A DNA stretch of 64,000 nt. It comes from Azolla caroliniana. Its lineage: Eukaryota; Plantae; Polypodiophyta. Of this stretch, positions 1-11,866 are shown piece by piece. The notes beneath the pieces are model-generated. The model saw nothing but the letters and a program-made list of their open reading frames with translations. It ran no database searches and was not told the origin of the DNA. The stretch covers positions 9,362,001 to 9,426,000 of the forward strand of contig JBHGNT010000012.1 of NCBI GenBank assembly GCA_043228905.1, in the 5' to 3' direction. The translations under genes and the position numbers were made by a program. Position 1 is the stretch's first letter; each line of letters begins with the position of its first letter.

Positions 1-2604
1 CGAGTCTTCGGTATCCTTCTGGCCCAACCGTTTCATCCTTATCCTCCACCAGGCACCCCTTTATCAGTATATCGTCCAGAAACAACATGGTGATGTCCGG
101 GATGCAGTCCCTTAGCACCTTGTTCATCGCATTCACCATGTGCACCACTGAGTTTGTCCCTCCCTGCGGAAGGGTACACATCCACACTAATTCGAGAGGT
201 GTCCGCATCGTCGTGACATCCCTACTCTCCTTGGTTAGTTGGAACTGGTCGTACCCTGAGTATAGATCCCCAACCGAATAGATCGACCTCCCGGCGAAGG
301 CCTCCGCAAACTCGTCGATCGTCGGTCCAACTCCTGTGTTCCGAATGGTCACTTTATTGACCGGCTACAAGTCCTGAATGAAGCGCAACGTGCCGTTCTT
401 CTTAGGCACAGCAAACCACCAATTCGAGTATGGGGCATTCGACGATTCAAGGATGCCCATCTCCACCTTCTGCTTTAGCAGCTCCATCATCTTCGGGATG
501 TGAGCTCTGGGTACTAGAATCGGTTTGAGATTCCACGACACATGTGGTTCCGTAAAAATAACCATCGCCTCAACGACCGTCGGGTCTACGCACCCAATCT
601 CTCTAGCGAGAATGCGAACGCCTTCCCGTGCCTCCCAAGCATTCTCCGAAACCGTTCCTTCTCCGCCGGAAGTAGAAAGCCACCCCCACCAACCTTGAGC
701 CCCCGTAGCGTTGTGTTGGTGGACCGGTGTCCTATTTCAGCCGGATCCCGTAGACTTGGGTCCGACGCGACCCCTTTCATCCGTAACCCGCTACCCTCCG
801 GCAAGGGTGTTGCGACTGGCCTCACCTTCCAGTCCACAGTCTTGTACCACGTATGCATGTAGGTCGTCCGATCCGACTTAACCCTTTCCCCGAAGTCAGT
901 AATGACTTCATACATTTCCACCGAGTTAACCGGGATCATCCTGTCTTCACTGAGGCCTTCTTCGATCACCTTCCCAATTTCCCTGAGGGTGTCGTTGAAA
1001 GAGACCGCCTCCACGGCGCCGCTAATTTCCTCATCGGGGGCGAGGACTCCACGTATCCTGAGTCGTTCCTCCGCCCGCTTCTTCTCCCAGCCAATGATGC
1101 CGGCTATCGTATAACCTCGGCTATCGGAGAACCAAAACTTCCGACCTATGGTACATGTTTGGGGATCCTCCGAGGTGTCAGGACTATTGCGGCCCCATGC
1201 CTCGATAGCCCTCTCTAAAAATCCCCTCTGCTTTTGCCGCCGAGGGTCTCACGGTTGCGCTCATGGTTTGGTCGCACGGTCAAGAATTGGACGGAGTGTC
1301 GTCCATTTTGGCTCTTCACACGTGCGTACGCTAAACCGTTATCCAGCACTTTCGTCTCCATACGTGTTGTCGTAATGTACTGCTCTTCGAGTATCACCAA
1401 ATGCGAGGATGTCGCCTGCACGACGAAGTGCTGGTCGATCTCGACATCACCGATTTTCACCCACACATTCGGGCAGGCCCCATGTAGCTCCTCTGTGGCG
1501 CGTGTCGCCGCTCGTATTTTCCACCCATGCTTGGTGTTGATCGGCCACTTGCCTTTCTTGTAGAAGTCCATAGACATCAGGTTGATCTCCGAACCATGGT
1601 CTACTAATGCTACCACCGGCTCCTGGACGTCCCCGATCCTAACCGGGGTCTCGATAGTGGCTCTTGCCCAGTGCAACTTTGAATAGTGGCTTTCTGCCAA
1701 CTTGTCTTCCAGGGCCATGTCTTCTAGGTGCGTCGTTCGCACCTCCACCGGCCTCTCCGGCTCCGGCTTCGTCGAAAGTCTTTTCCGCTTCACCAAGTCC
1801 ACGATGGAGTCATGGAGTTCTTTCTTGGCGATCCCAAGTACTTCCCTCAGTGACAGCTCTACCTTGATGTCGAGGATTCGCTCCTCAAGGACCTTCCGTA
1901 AGTCCATCGTTCTTTCTATCTCGGTGCTCAACCGGTAGCCGGCTTTCTTTGCTTTATCCAGTGTGCTGGCAGCATCGGTGTCTCTTCATCCCTCCCCGTT
2001 CGATATTCAGCTCCAGGGCTCTCCGGGTCTCGCTAGCATGCACCCTCCCGTTCCATAGGTATACCACATTATCCCTTATTGCTTCCGCGAAGTCCACGCA
2101 GTCCTTCCGGACGTGACCGACCGCGTCACACCACAAGCACTGATGCCCACCCGGAGGCCTTCAGTCTCGAGGCTGCTCACCACCGTCCCTCATCACTTGT
2201 GCAATCTGGAGGTCTCGTACCATCTGCGTCAGCTCCTCCAGAGCCGCTCTGCCGGACGGCCCCTTGACCACGCCGGACGAGCCTGTCTCAAGACAACCCC
2301 AGGTTTCCTCCTTGCGCGCCGGCGGGGGTCCCTCGAGGTTTCTTGCCACAACCCCTCCTGCCCCCGACGAGCCCTTGTCGACCCACTCACGCCGTTTGTC
2401 AAAACGGCCATAGACCCCTTTTACCACGGCCTAGTCGGCCGTCAACCCATCGTCCGTCTCCAGCAAGAGACCCACTTGCTCCCGATCCCTCACATCCACA
2501 ACTTTGATGAATAAAAGGACACGGCTCGTGTCCAATACAGTCCTGTCCAGCGCTGAAAGCCGTGTGAAGCGTTCCTCAAAATCCCGGAGGAGCGCCGACG
2601 CATT

Positions 2605-3070
2605 TGAAGTTCAAATCGTTGCCGGCCACAACCGGTTGTACGTGTGTGGAATAATAGTCAATCTAATGGAAAAGAAAAACATAATACAGAAACTGAGAAT
2701 GACACAAATTTTAATATGGAAACCCGAAGTCAGAAAAACCACGTGGATTCCACAAACTCCGAAACAGAACACTATGAGAGAAAGGAATACAATCAGAGAT
2801 CTCAGAGGCAACGACCTCAAGATCCTGCTTCACCAACAGGCGGCTATGGAGCTCACACGCTTCCAACCACACTCGTTCACTCTCACAATTACAGAGGCAA
2901 TGACCTCGTCAACAGTAACTTTACAATAACTTAGTTATCTAACATGATTGCCCTAAGTACTTATATACTAATGTAACCTTTCGACTATTTACAAGTTTAG
3001 CCTTCCGTGTTGGCTATCTCCACGATTTCCGGTTTCTCACTTCCCATCCGGAGGGATCTGTTTCCTTACA
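2605..3070. mobile_element. Solo LTR inserted in the gypsy gag
   Basis: TG...CA ends; flanks GCATT/ACATT. Removing it restores gag (…GKGRNASALLRDFEERF…). Shares motifs (GGCAACGACCTC, CCCTAAGT, CTATTTACAA, CCCATCCG) with 4534-5229. Right end could instead be 3073. Confidence 0.75.
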
Positions 3071-3482
3071 ACATTCCTCCCCTTTCCTCAGGTCTCTACC
3101 CAATCCATAAAGTCCCGCTTCAATAACCGAAGCGTGTCATCAAACCCGTCCCGCTCGAGGAGATGCGCTTCAAATTTTCCCTAGGTCTGGCATCCAGCCT
3201 GCACCTCGAGCACCTCTGCATGGATGCCCGGTGTCGCTACCCGAGGGAACCCAGCCAGACGCCTTTCTTCCGGGATGTCCCTCATCACCATCTCGGCTCG
3301 GTAGGCCATCAGATAACTCGTGGCGTCCTTCCCATCAAACCGGCCTATTGTGCAAACGATTTCTTCGATGGCCCTGTCGAGGGCACTCGTGCCCTCGCGA
3401 GCACTTACTATCCAATTGACTGCTACCGCCATGGCTTTGGCGAGCTCTGATCCCCTCATTTTTTAATCCTCTGCCTCCTTAA

Positions 3483-3500
3483 TTCACGTCAGGTTCACCA
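3483..3500 (-). promoter_or_regulatory. Primer-binding site complementary to the tRNA-Trp 3' end
   Basis: Plus strand reads TTCACGTCAGGTTCACCA, versus the plant tRNA-Trp(CCA) 3' end TTCACGTCGGGTTCACCA as I recall it (17/18). Confidence 0.75.
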
Positions 3501-3506
3501 AATTAA

Positions 3507-4122
3507 TGTCGTGTTGGTACGCTCACGCGTATGGAATAAGGCAGGACCGCGGGGGCCCTGAACCGAGGAACGTGAGAGGGAGAGAGAGAGAGAGAGAGAG
3601 AGACTCGTAGAAACACAAAGAGACAGAAAATGAAAGAATCGAATCCAATAACAATATAGATTACAGAGCTCGTAATGTTACAACCGGCAAGCCGGCGACA
3701 AACTCAACACGGACGAACACACGGATTGAAATTCGCAGTGGAGCCACTACCGGAAGCACACAGGCTTTCACGCAGCAGAGGCAGCCAACTTAACCCCAAA
3801 TCCCTACAGAAGCAACAACGATGGTGGAAGAGAGAGCTTGGTTCCCAGTCCGACAGCACTTCGTTCTCCCAATAATGCGATACCTACTCAAGCCCCTTTT
3901 CCTCTCCTTTTATAGCACAAGGAGAGAACCGTTTACAGACCGTTAAATCCCTGTTATTCTCCTCGATTCCCTACTTAATGAACTAGTGCTACCTAGGATA
4001 GTTACATCACCAGCCTGTACTTAGCTATGTATATAAATCTATCAAAACATGTGCTCGTGTGTAAGGGCCGGTTCACGCATATTATCCACTGATTTCTCCT
4101 AGGGACGGTTTTCTCCACGACA
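3507..4122 (-). repeat. 5' LTR of the gypsy element
   Basis: Perfect 7-bp terminal inverted repeats TGTCGTG...CACGACA; PBS lies 6 nt beyond its inner end on the minus strand. Confidence 0.85.
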
Positions 4123-4533
4123 CCAATCTACAATTTGTCACCAACCGAGCTAGAAGTCCTTCGAGCCTATATAGAGGAGAATTTGGAAAATGGTTTCATT
4201 CGGCATTCAAAATCTCCAGCCGGTGCACCCATTTTCTTCGTCAACAAAAAGGATGGATCAGTTCGTCTCATTGTAGATTACCGTGGCTTGAATAAGGTCA
4301 CCATCAAAAATAGGTATGCACTTCCCCTTATCTCAAGTCTTTTAGAACGGATCAATGGTGCAAGGTTCTTCACGAAGATCGACTTACGGGGAGCATATAA
4401 CCTCGTACGGATCCGACCAGGAGATGAATGGAAGACCTCGTTTCGCACTAGATATGGGCACTTCGAGGCTACGGTCATGTCGTTCGACCTCACTAATGCG
4501 CCAACAGTCTTCCAGCACATGGCAAATGATATA

Positions 4534-5229
4534 TGAGAGGAACAGCACGCTCCGTATACGCAACGCTCGGCCTCAACCGAGCTTAGAATCATACACAGAA
4601 AACGGGAAATAAAGCACGACACGAAGAAGAGAAGAGTACGCATGATGTTTACGTGGAAAACCCAAACTAAGGGAAAAACCACGGCAGCCCACAGGCTGCA
4701 AACTAAAGCTATGTTAGAATGTACAACAGTGAGTTCACGGAGGCAACGACCTCGTGCTCACGATCCTCGCCACAGGCGGCGGTTACAACAGAGGCAACGA
4801 CCTCTTTCTCTCTCTCTCTCTCTCTGTACACAGTTACGCGCTCTCTCTCTTTCCTTGCACCAACAAGAATGACAACCACCACAAACTAAAAGTTTGCCCT
4901 AAGTCATATTTATACTAATATGACTTTTCGGCTATTTACAAATATAGCCATGATGGACTCTCATAAACATATTTACGAATATGTCTCTTCATCCGGTGAG
5001 CACTTCTCACCGGGTCTACACCATCCGGCTCTCCGTAGCCGGGTACTCCTCATCCGGTCTTCACCGGGTCTGCACCATCCGGCTCTCCGTAGCCGGATAT
5101 TCCTCATCCGGCTCTGCACCATCCGGCTCTCTGTAGCCGGGTACTCGTCATACGGTTTCGGCCTCGGCCGAGTTTGTTCATCAGCATTATTTTTCTCCTT
5201 TCCCATCCGAAGGGACCTGTCTCCCAACA
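4534..5229. mobile_element. Solo LTR inserted in RT of element A
   Basis: TG...CA ends and perfect 5-bp TSD ATATA (4529-4533, 5230-5234). RT frame (…QHMANDI/IFRDLLD…) rejoins on removal. Contains ~54-bp GC-rich tandem units at ~4990-5150. Confidence 0.9.
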
Positions 5230-6091
5230 ATATATTCCGAGATCTCTTGGATGTTTGTTTGATCATCTATTTGGATGATCTACTGGTTTATTCGAAGACC
5301 CAAGAAGAGCATGATTCTCATGTATTGTTAGTACTAAAACGACTTCGAGAACATGGTCTTTATGCAAACTGGAAAAATGTAGTTTCGAGTGTAACCAGGT
5401 GGAATTTCTGGGCTATGTCATCTCCTCAGAAGGCATCTCCATGCATCCAGCTAAGGTCAAAACGGTAGTAGAGTGGCAAACTCCGCGTTCATTGCGAGAT
5501 GTGCAATGCTTTTTAGCCTTTGCCAATTTCTACCGCAAGTTTATACAAGATTACTCAAAGCTTGTTCTGCCTCTCACACAACTTACTAAGAAGGGACAAT
5601 TGTTCATTTGTTCTGAAGAAGCGGACATGGCTTTTGAGAATCTTAAGAAGGCATTTACATCGGCTCCTATTCTAGCTCACGTTGATCCGAAAAAACCATT
5701 CATCCTGGAAGTGGACGCGTCAGATTTCGCATTGGGTAGCATTCTGTCACAACAAGGTAATGATGAAAAGCTACATCCTGTGGCTTTCCACTCACGCAAG
5801 TTTGACGCCGCCGAAATCAACAATGAAATTCATGATAAGGAGCTATTAAAAATAGTGGACTCTTTTACGCAATGGAGGCATTTTCTAGAGGGATCCTCTC
5901 ATCAAATCATTGTATTCAGTGATCACAAAAACCTTGCCTACTTTCAGAGTGCTCGTGTGTTAAATCAACGTCAAGCTCGGTGGGCCCAATTCCTCATGCA
6001 TTTCGACTTCAAAATTACATATCGTCCGGGGAAGCACCAAGGGAAGGCAGATACATTATCACGACATTCGTATCTAGCACCGCTTCTCAAA

Positions 6092-6563
6092 TGTCATGAA
6101 GACAACATTTTGTCTTATCAAGACTCCAACCCACGACTTCTTGGTCTATGTGTTGAACCCTTAACCATTGTAATAACATATATATCGTGTGATTATAATA
6201 ATTATATTTTTAGTTATTACGAGATATTTAGAATATTCTAGAACATTCTAGATTATTCTAGAACATCCTTTAATATTTCATGATTATATTTCTTATCATA
6301 AAAATCTAAAATATTCTAGAATACTCCATAAGGATCTATAAATAAGTGTCCATTCATTCATTTCAACTCATTCAGTTCAACAACAGTCTTTAACCCTTAG
6401 CCTACTCATTGTAATCTTGTTTCATCATAATATAATCTCATTTCTATTTCAAGTCTTATCTTTCTCTCTCTCACTCTCTCTCTCTCTCACGCACGCACAC
6501 ACACCTTCTCTCTTTCGCTATCGCTCTCTCTCTCGCTCTATCTCCTACCCACGAGTCTCAACA
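6092..6563 (+). repeat. 5' LTR of element B
   Basis: TGTCATGAAG...GTCTCAACA; direct repeat of 11374-11866. Confidence 0.92.
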
Positions 6564-7761
6564 GTTTGAACCGAATATTTTTGTTTCCTTTTCCAATAAC
6601 CCTAGCAAGCTTTCTTCTTTTCCCTTCTTTCTTTTTCCCCCTCAGTTATGGAATCCGTTAGCAAGCAAGAGTATATGTGTGTCCTTTCTGAGCTCGACAT
6701 GCTCACGACTAAGTTTGTGGCATTAGAGCAAGAAAATCAAAGGCTACTCAGGGATTTACAACAAGTGAGTACCAAGAAAGCTCATCAATATGAGGAGTTA
6801 TCACAACGAGTTCATCAAATCGAGGCTACTATATTAACATTATGAGAACAAGTGGCGGGGGTTCAAAACTCCCCAAGGGAACCAAAGATTAGCCTCCCTG
6901 CCAAGTTTGATGGTACCCGATCTTTGTTTGGAGGTTTCCTGAATCAAGTCCGTTTGGTGATTCAGTTACATCCCAATCGGTACCCAACTGATGCTGCTCG
7001 TGTGGGATTAATAGGAACCTTGCTAAGGGTACAACGTTAGCATGGTTTGCACCACTTCTAGAGAAGAAATCACCATTGTTGGAGGATTTCGAGGCATTCA
7101 TTAAAGAGTTTCAAGCTAGTTTTGGAGACACCGATAGCACTAGGATGGCAATAAACAAGATTCGAAGACTCCGACAAGGAGATTGTCCCGCTTCAGCCTA
7201 CGCAACAGATTTCTGTCTCTTGGCATGTGACATCCCTTGGGATGAGGCAACCTTAATGGATCAATTCCGTCAGGGTTTGTGTAACGATGTCAAAGATCTT
7301 CTTCTTACTTTCCACGAAGATCCAAAGTCTCTTACAGAGGCCATTAGTTGAGCTGTGCGATGTGATAATCGCCTATTTGAGCGATGTTCTAAATGTCAAC
7401 AAATGCTACGCCGCCAACCAGAACAGACGTATGCTTCAATAGTCGCAACACCGCCACAAGGTCCCAGACCCGTTACGAGGGATGACCCCACTCCGATGGA
7501 AATAGAGTCAACACAACGTCAAGGGCCTTTATCAGATGTTGAGAAACAACGACGTCGGGCGCATCACCTATGCCTCTATTGTGGTGGTCTAGGACATATT
7601 GTTGTGAATTGTCCACATAAACCCAGACGTCAAGTTTACCAAGTAAGTGCACATGACAACCCTACCTCGAGTTCTACTATCACTTCTAATAACTTAACTA
7701 CTAAGCCTAATAACCCATGCCATGAGAATAGATTTGATGTCTTGAGCCAATTAGAGGATGT

Positions 7762-7813
7762 GTTAAACGAATAAGTCCGGCCAAAATAGGAGCCATTTGG
7801 TTGGACCATCCTA
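7762..7813 (+). promoter_or_regulatory. Putative -1 ribosomal frameshift signal between gag and pol
   Basis: G TTA AAC in gag frame, 6-nt spacer, 11-bp stem 7775-7785/7796-7806; loop TAGGA can pair with TCCTA at 7809-7813. Confidence 0.65.
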
Positions 7814-10800
7814 GATATGTAGAGTCAGTACCTAGTTGTGGTTCCATTTCATCAAATCAAGTTAGTAGAGTTTTTTCTACACAAGTCGAGCTTAGCACAT
7901 ATGTCATCGAGTCCTAGCCTCTGCCCTCCTAGATTCTAGAGCCAATTCTTGTTTCATGGATCACGAGTTTGCATTGACCCAAAACATCATCTTGAATAAG
8001 CTCCCAAACCCAGTAGCTATAGGAGTCATCAATGGTCGCCCTATAGCATCAGGTGATATAGTCTAAGAGTCTGAACCAATTCGTGTAGACCTAGGTAATT
8101 TGGCTAGTATCATCTCATTCAACATCATTAGTAGTCCAGAGCACTCTCTAGTTCTTGGTCTTCCTTGGTTTGAGTTACATAAACTATTGATTGGAGAAAA
8201 AGAACTATTGAAGAGGTCACAGAACAGTCCGAGTCTCTTGAAACTCCAACAAAGGATCTAGGATCCCACACGATTTCAACAATCTCTATACATCAGTTAC
8301 GAGAGGATGGAAGGAAGGAAGACATGATGGTGTTTGCGGTTTTAGCAGCTCCCTCATCTAGTTCACAAGAATTGGGGGTCCAATTACCAAAGAAGTACAT
8401 AGAATTCTCTGATGTGTTCGATAAGGTGAAGGCTAATAGACTACCAGAGCATCGACCGTACGATTGCCCGATTGATTTGCAGCCAAGCAAAGAGCCTCCA
8501 TGGGGGCCAATTTATAACCTTTCGCCCACGGAGTAAGAGGTTCTTCGAGAATATATCGATGAGAACCTGGCAAATGGTTTTATCCAACACTCAAGATCTC
8601 TTGTTGGTGCACCCATCTTTTTCATTAAGAAGAAAGATGGTACACTTCGTATGGTCGTGGATTATCAGTGCTTGAATAAAGTGACTATTAGAAACTGATA
8701 TGCTCTACCATTGATCTCAAGCCTTCTAGAACGCCTCAGTGGAGCAAAGTATTTCACGAAGTTAGATATTCGAGGTGCCTACAACCTTGTTCGAATTCGT
8801 CCTGGGGATGAATGGAAGACCGTGTTCCACACTCGCTATGGTCATTTTGAGTATACAGTGATGCCATTTGGTCTCATGAATGCACCAGCAGTTTTCCAAC
8901 ATATGGCGAATGGCATTTTTCGAGACTTCCTTGATATCTTCATCATAGTTTACTTGGATGATATCTTGATCTACTCAAAAACTCAAGAGGAGCATGACAT
9001 ACATGTTCGCCAAGTTTTGCAACGGTTACGAGAGTATGGTCTCTATGCAAAATTGGAGAAGTGTAGTTTCGACCAGTGTCAAGTGGAATTTTTGGGGTAC
9101 ATAGTCTCTTCAAATGGCATCTCTATGGATCCATCAAAGGTTCAAACAATTTTGGATGGGCAAACACCATAGTCTATGCGAGATGTACAATGTTTTTTGG
9201 GGTTCACAAACTTTTATCGCAAGTTCATCAAAGATTATTCAAAGATTGTATTGCCCCTCACTCAACTAACGCGCAAGAATCAACTATTTGTATGGGGTAT
9301 AGATGTGAACTCTGCATTTGAGGGTTTAAAGCAAGCGTTTACATCTGCACCAATTTTAATGCATGTCGATCCAATGAGGCACTTTATACTTGAAGTTGAT
9401 GCCTCTGATTTCGCACTCGGAAGCGTACTATCCCAGATTGGCAAAGATGGCACCTTGTGGCTTTTCCCTCACGGAAATTTGAAGCCTCAGAAATCAACTA
9501 TGAGATTCACGACAAAGAGCTTCTTGCCATTCTGGATTCTTTTCAACAATGGCGTCATTTTTTGGAGGGGTCTTCTCAACAGATTATTGTCTACAATGAT
9601 CACAAAAATCTAACATACTTCCAAAGTGCTCGAGTCTTGAATTGTCAACAAGCTCGTTGGGCGCATTTCTTAACTCGTTTTGATTTTGTAATTCTATATT
9701 GCCCTGGGATGCAACAAGGAAAAGTAGATGCTTTATCTCGACGTTCATATATGGAACTTCAACCAGGAGAGGCTGCATTTGACAGTCAAAAGCAAATCCT
9801 CTTAGGTCTTGATCGTCTACGAGTAATGACAATACATATTATCAACACACCAGGAGATTCAAGGCTTCTTGATTCCATTCGGGAGCAGATAGCGACTGAT
9901 GCATTCGCCCCAGAGGTTTTGAGTCATATTATCCCAGATCGTGCTTCCAGCACCCAATCTCAAAATCCTCGTCTAGACTACACCCAGTTCAGTTGGCATG
10001 ATGGTTTGCTTTTTCGACAAACTCTCTTGTATGTGCCTGACAGTCCTTCTCGACTCAAAGTCGTGCAACAATGTCATGACACGCCAATGGCTGGACATTT
10101 CGGCATCGACAAGACTTTTGAGTTGATTTCTCGCCGATATTGGTGGTCACGGCTTCGCCATTTTGTTACGGATTATGTTCGTAGTTGTGATACATGTTGC
10201 CGATCAAAAAAGCCTCAACATCATCCATATGGCCTATTCCAGCCAATGCCTATTCCGGAGAGCCCATGGAAATCTATTTCCTTGGACTTTATTATAGATC
10301 TTCCACCTTCCAAGGGATTTGATTCTATTCTCACGGTACTCGATCATTTTACGAAGATGGTGCATTTCCTTCCATGCACGAAGACCATTACTAGTCAAGA
10401 GACAGCCGATTTACTCATGTAGGAGGTGTTTTGCCATCATGGTCTTCCGGATGATATTATCAATGATCGGGGTCGCCAATTCATCTCGAAATTTTGGCAG
10501 CACATGTTCAAACTCTTACATACTTCTTGTAAACTCTCTTCCGACTACCATCCAAAGACTAATGGGCAGAGTGAGCGCACCAACCAAACAATCGAACAAT
10601 ATCTACGTTGTTTTGTCAATTATCAACAAGATGATTGAGTGGATTTATTACATTTGGCGGAATTTGCTTACAACAACTCCGAACATTCTTGTACTGGATA
10701 TTCCCCATTTTTTGTTAACATTGGGTACCATCCTCGTTGGACGATGCTTGAACATCCCGAACTCCCGAAAAACCCGGCTGCTGAAGATCGGCTCACTCAA

Positions 10801-11373
10801 CTCCAAGAAGTTCAAGATATACTTTTGCATCATTTATGTGATGCCCAAAACACTCAAAAGAAGATTGTGGATCGTCATCAGCATGATTCATCGACTATGT
10901 TTCAAGTAGGAGATCGTGTATGGCTCTTACAAGGTAGCATTAAAACCACCCGACCTTGCTACAAATTGGATTATCAACATTTCGGCCCATATGTGATCTC
11001 TGGTAAGTTCATTGATGTGATATTTCATCTTGATCTCCCTCCTTATATGCGTCTTCACCCGGTCTTCCATGTTTCACTTTTGCAGCCTTACACAACAAGC
11101 TCTATTCCGGTTCGTCTTACACCTCCCCCACCTCCAATCAAAGTTTCCAATGACTCTGAATATGAGGTTGCTGCCATTCTTGACTCCAAGATCATCCGCA
11201 ACAAACTATATTATTTGGTTGATTGGTTAGGTTATACACCTAATGATCGAACATGGGAGCCTGTCGAGCATCTTGCTAATGCCTCCGACATGCATGACAA
11301 ATAACCCCATAAACCAAGTCTAAACTCTTCTTCTCTTCTGACTCGTGGAACTTGTCATCGAAAGGGGGGATAA

Positions 11374-11866
11374 TGTCATGAAGACAACATTTTGGCTTAT
11401 CCCACGACTTCTTGGTCTATGTGTTGAACCTTTAACCATTGTAATAACATATATGTTGTGTGATTATAATAATTATATTTTTAGTTATTACGAGATATTT
11501 AGAATATTCTAGAATATTCTAGAACATCCTTTAATATTTCATGATTATATTTCTTATCATAAAAATCTAAAATATTCTAGAACATTCTAAAATACTCCAT
11601 AAGGATCTATAAATAAGTGTCCATACATTCATTTCAACTCATTCGGTTCAACACCAATCTTTAGCCCTTAGCCTACTCATTGTAATCTTGTTTCATCATA
11701 ATATAATCTCATTTCTATTTCAAGTCTTATCTCTCTCTCTCACACACACTCTCTCTCTCACTCTCTCTCTCTCTCTCACTCTCTCTCTCTCTCTCACGCA
11801 CACACACACACACCCTCTCTCTTTTGCTATCGCTCTCACTCTATCTCCTACCCACGAGTCTCGACA
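11374..11866 (+). repeat. 3' LTR of element B
   Basis: Follows the PPT; TGTC...GACA; TATAAATA at 11608; longer CT/CA microsatellite than the 5' copy. Confidence 0.92.

Larger units (their letters stand above)
1..4122 (-). mobile_element. Ty3/gypsy LTR retrotransposon, 5' part (5' LTR, PBS, gag, protease, start of RT), decayed; continues past the left window edge
   Basis: Minus-strand gag (3181-3459; zinc knuckle C-x2-C-x4-H-x4-C near 2100-2145), protease ALVDHGSEINLM (1215-1931), RT start (365-565, PYSNWWFAVPKKNGTLRFIQDL) and FLDD near 70-85. LTR at 3507-4122. Its right junction interrupts the RT of a chromovirus. Confidence 0.9.
6092..11866 (+). mobile_element. Full-length decayed chromovirus (Tcn1-like Ty3/gypsy) element B
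   Basis: LTRs 6092-6563 and 11374-11866. Gag 6648-7774 with CLYCGGLGHIVVNC knuckle; protease ALLDSRANSCF near 7920; RT 8324-9172 (YLDD); RNase H; integrase; chromodomain near 11160-11285; PPT AAAGGGGGGA 11361-11370. Many stops and frameshifts. Confidence 0.95.

Noticed and set aside
3483-3500. tRNA-Trp gene
   Set aside because: Only the 3' 18 nt are present next to an LTR; it is a PBS.
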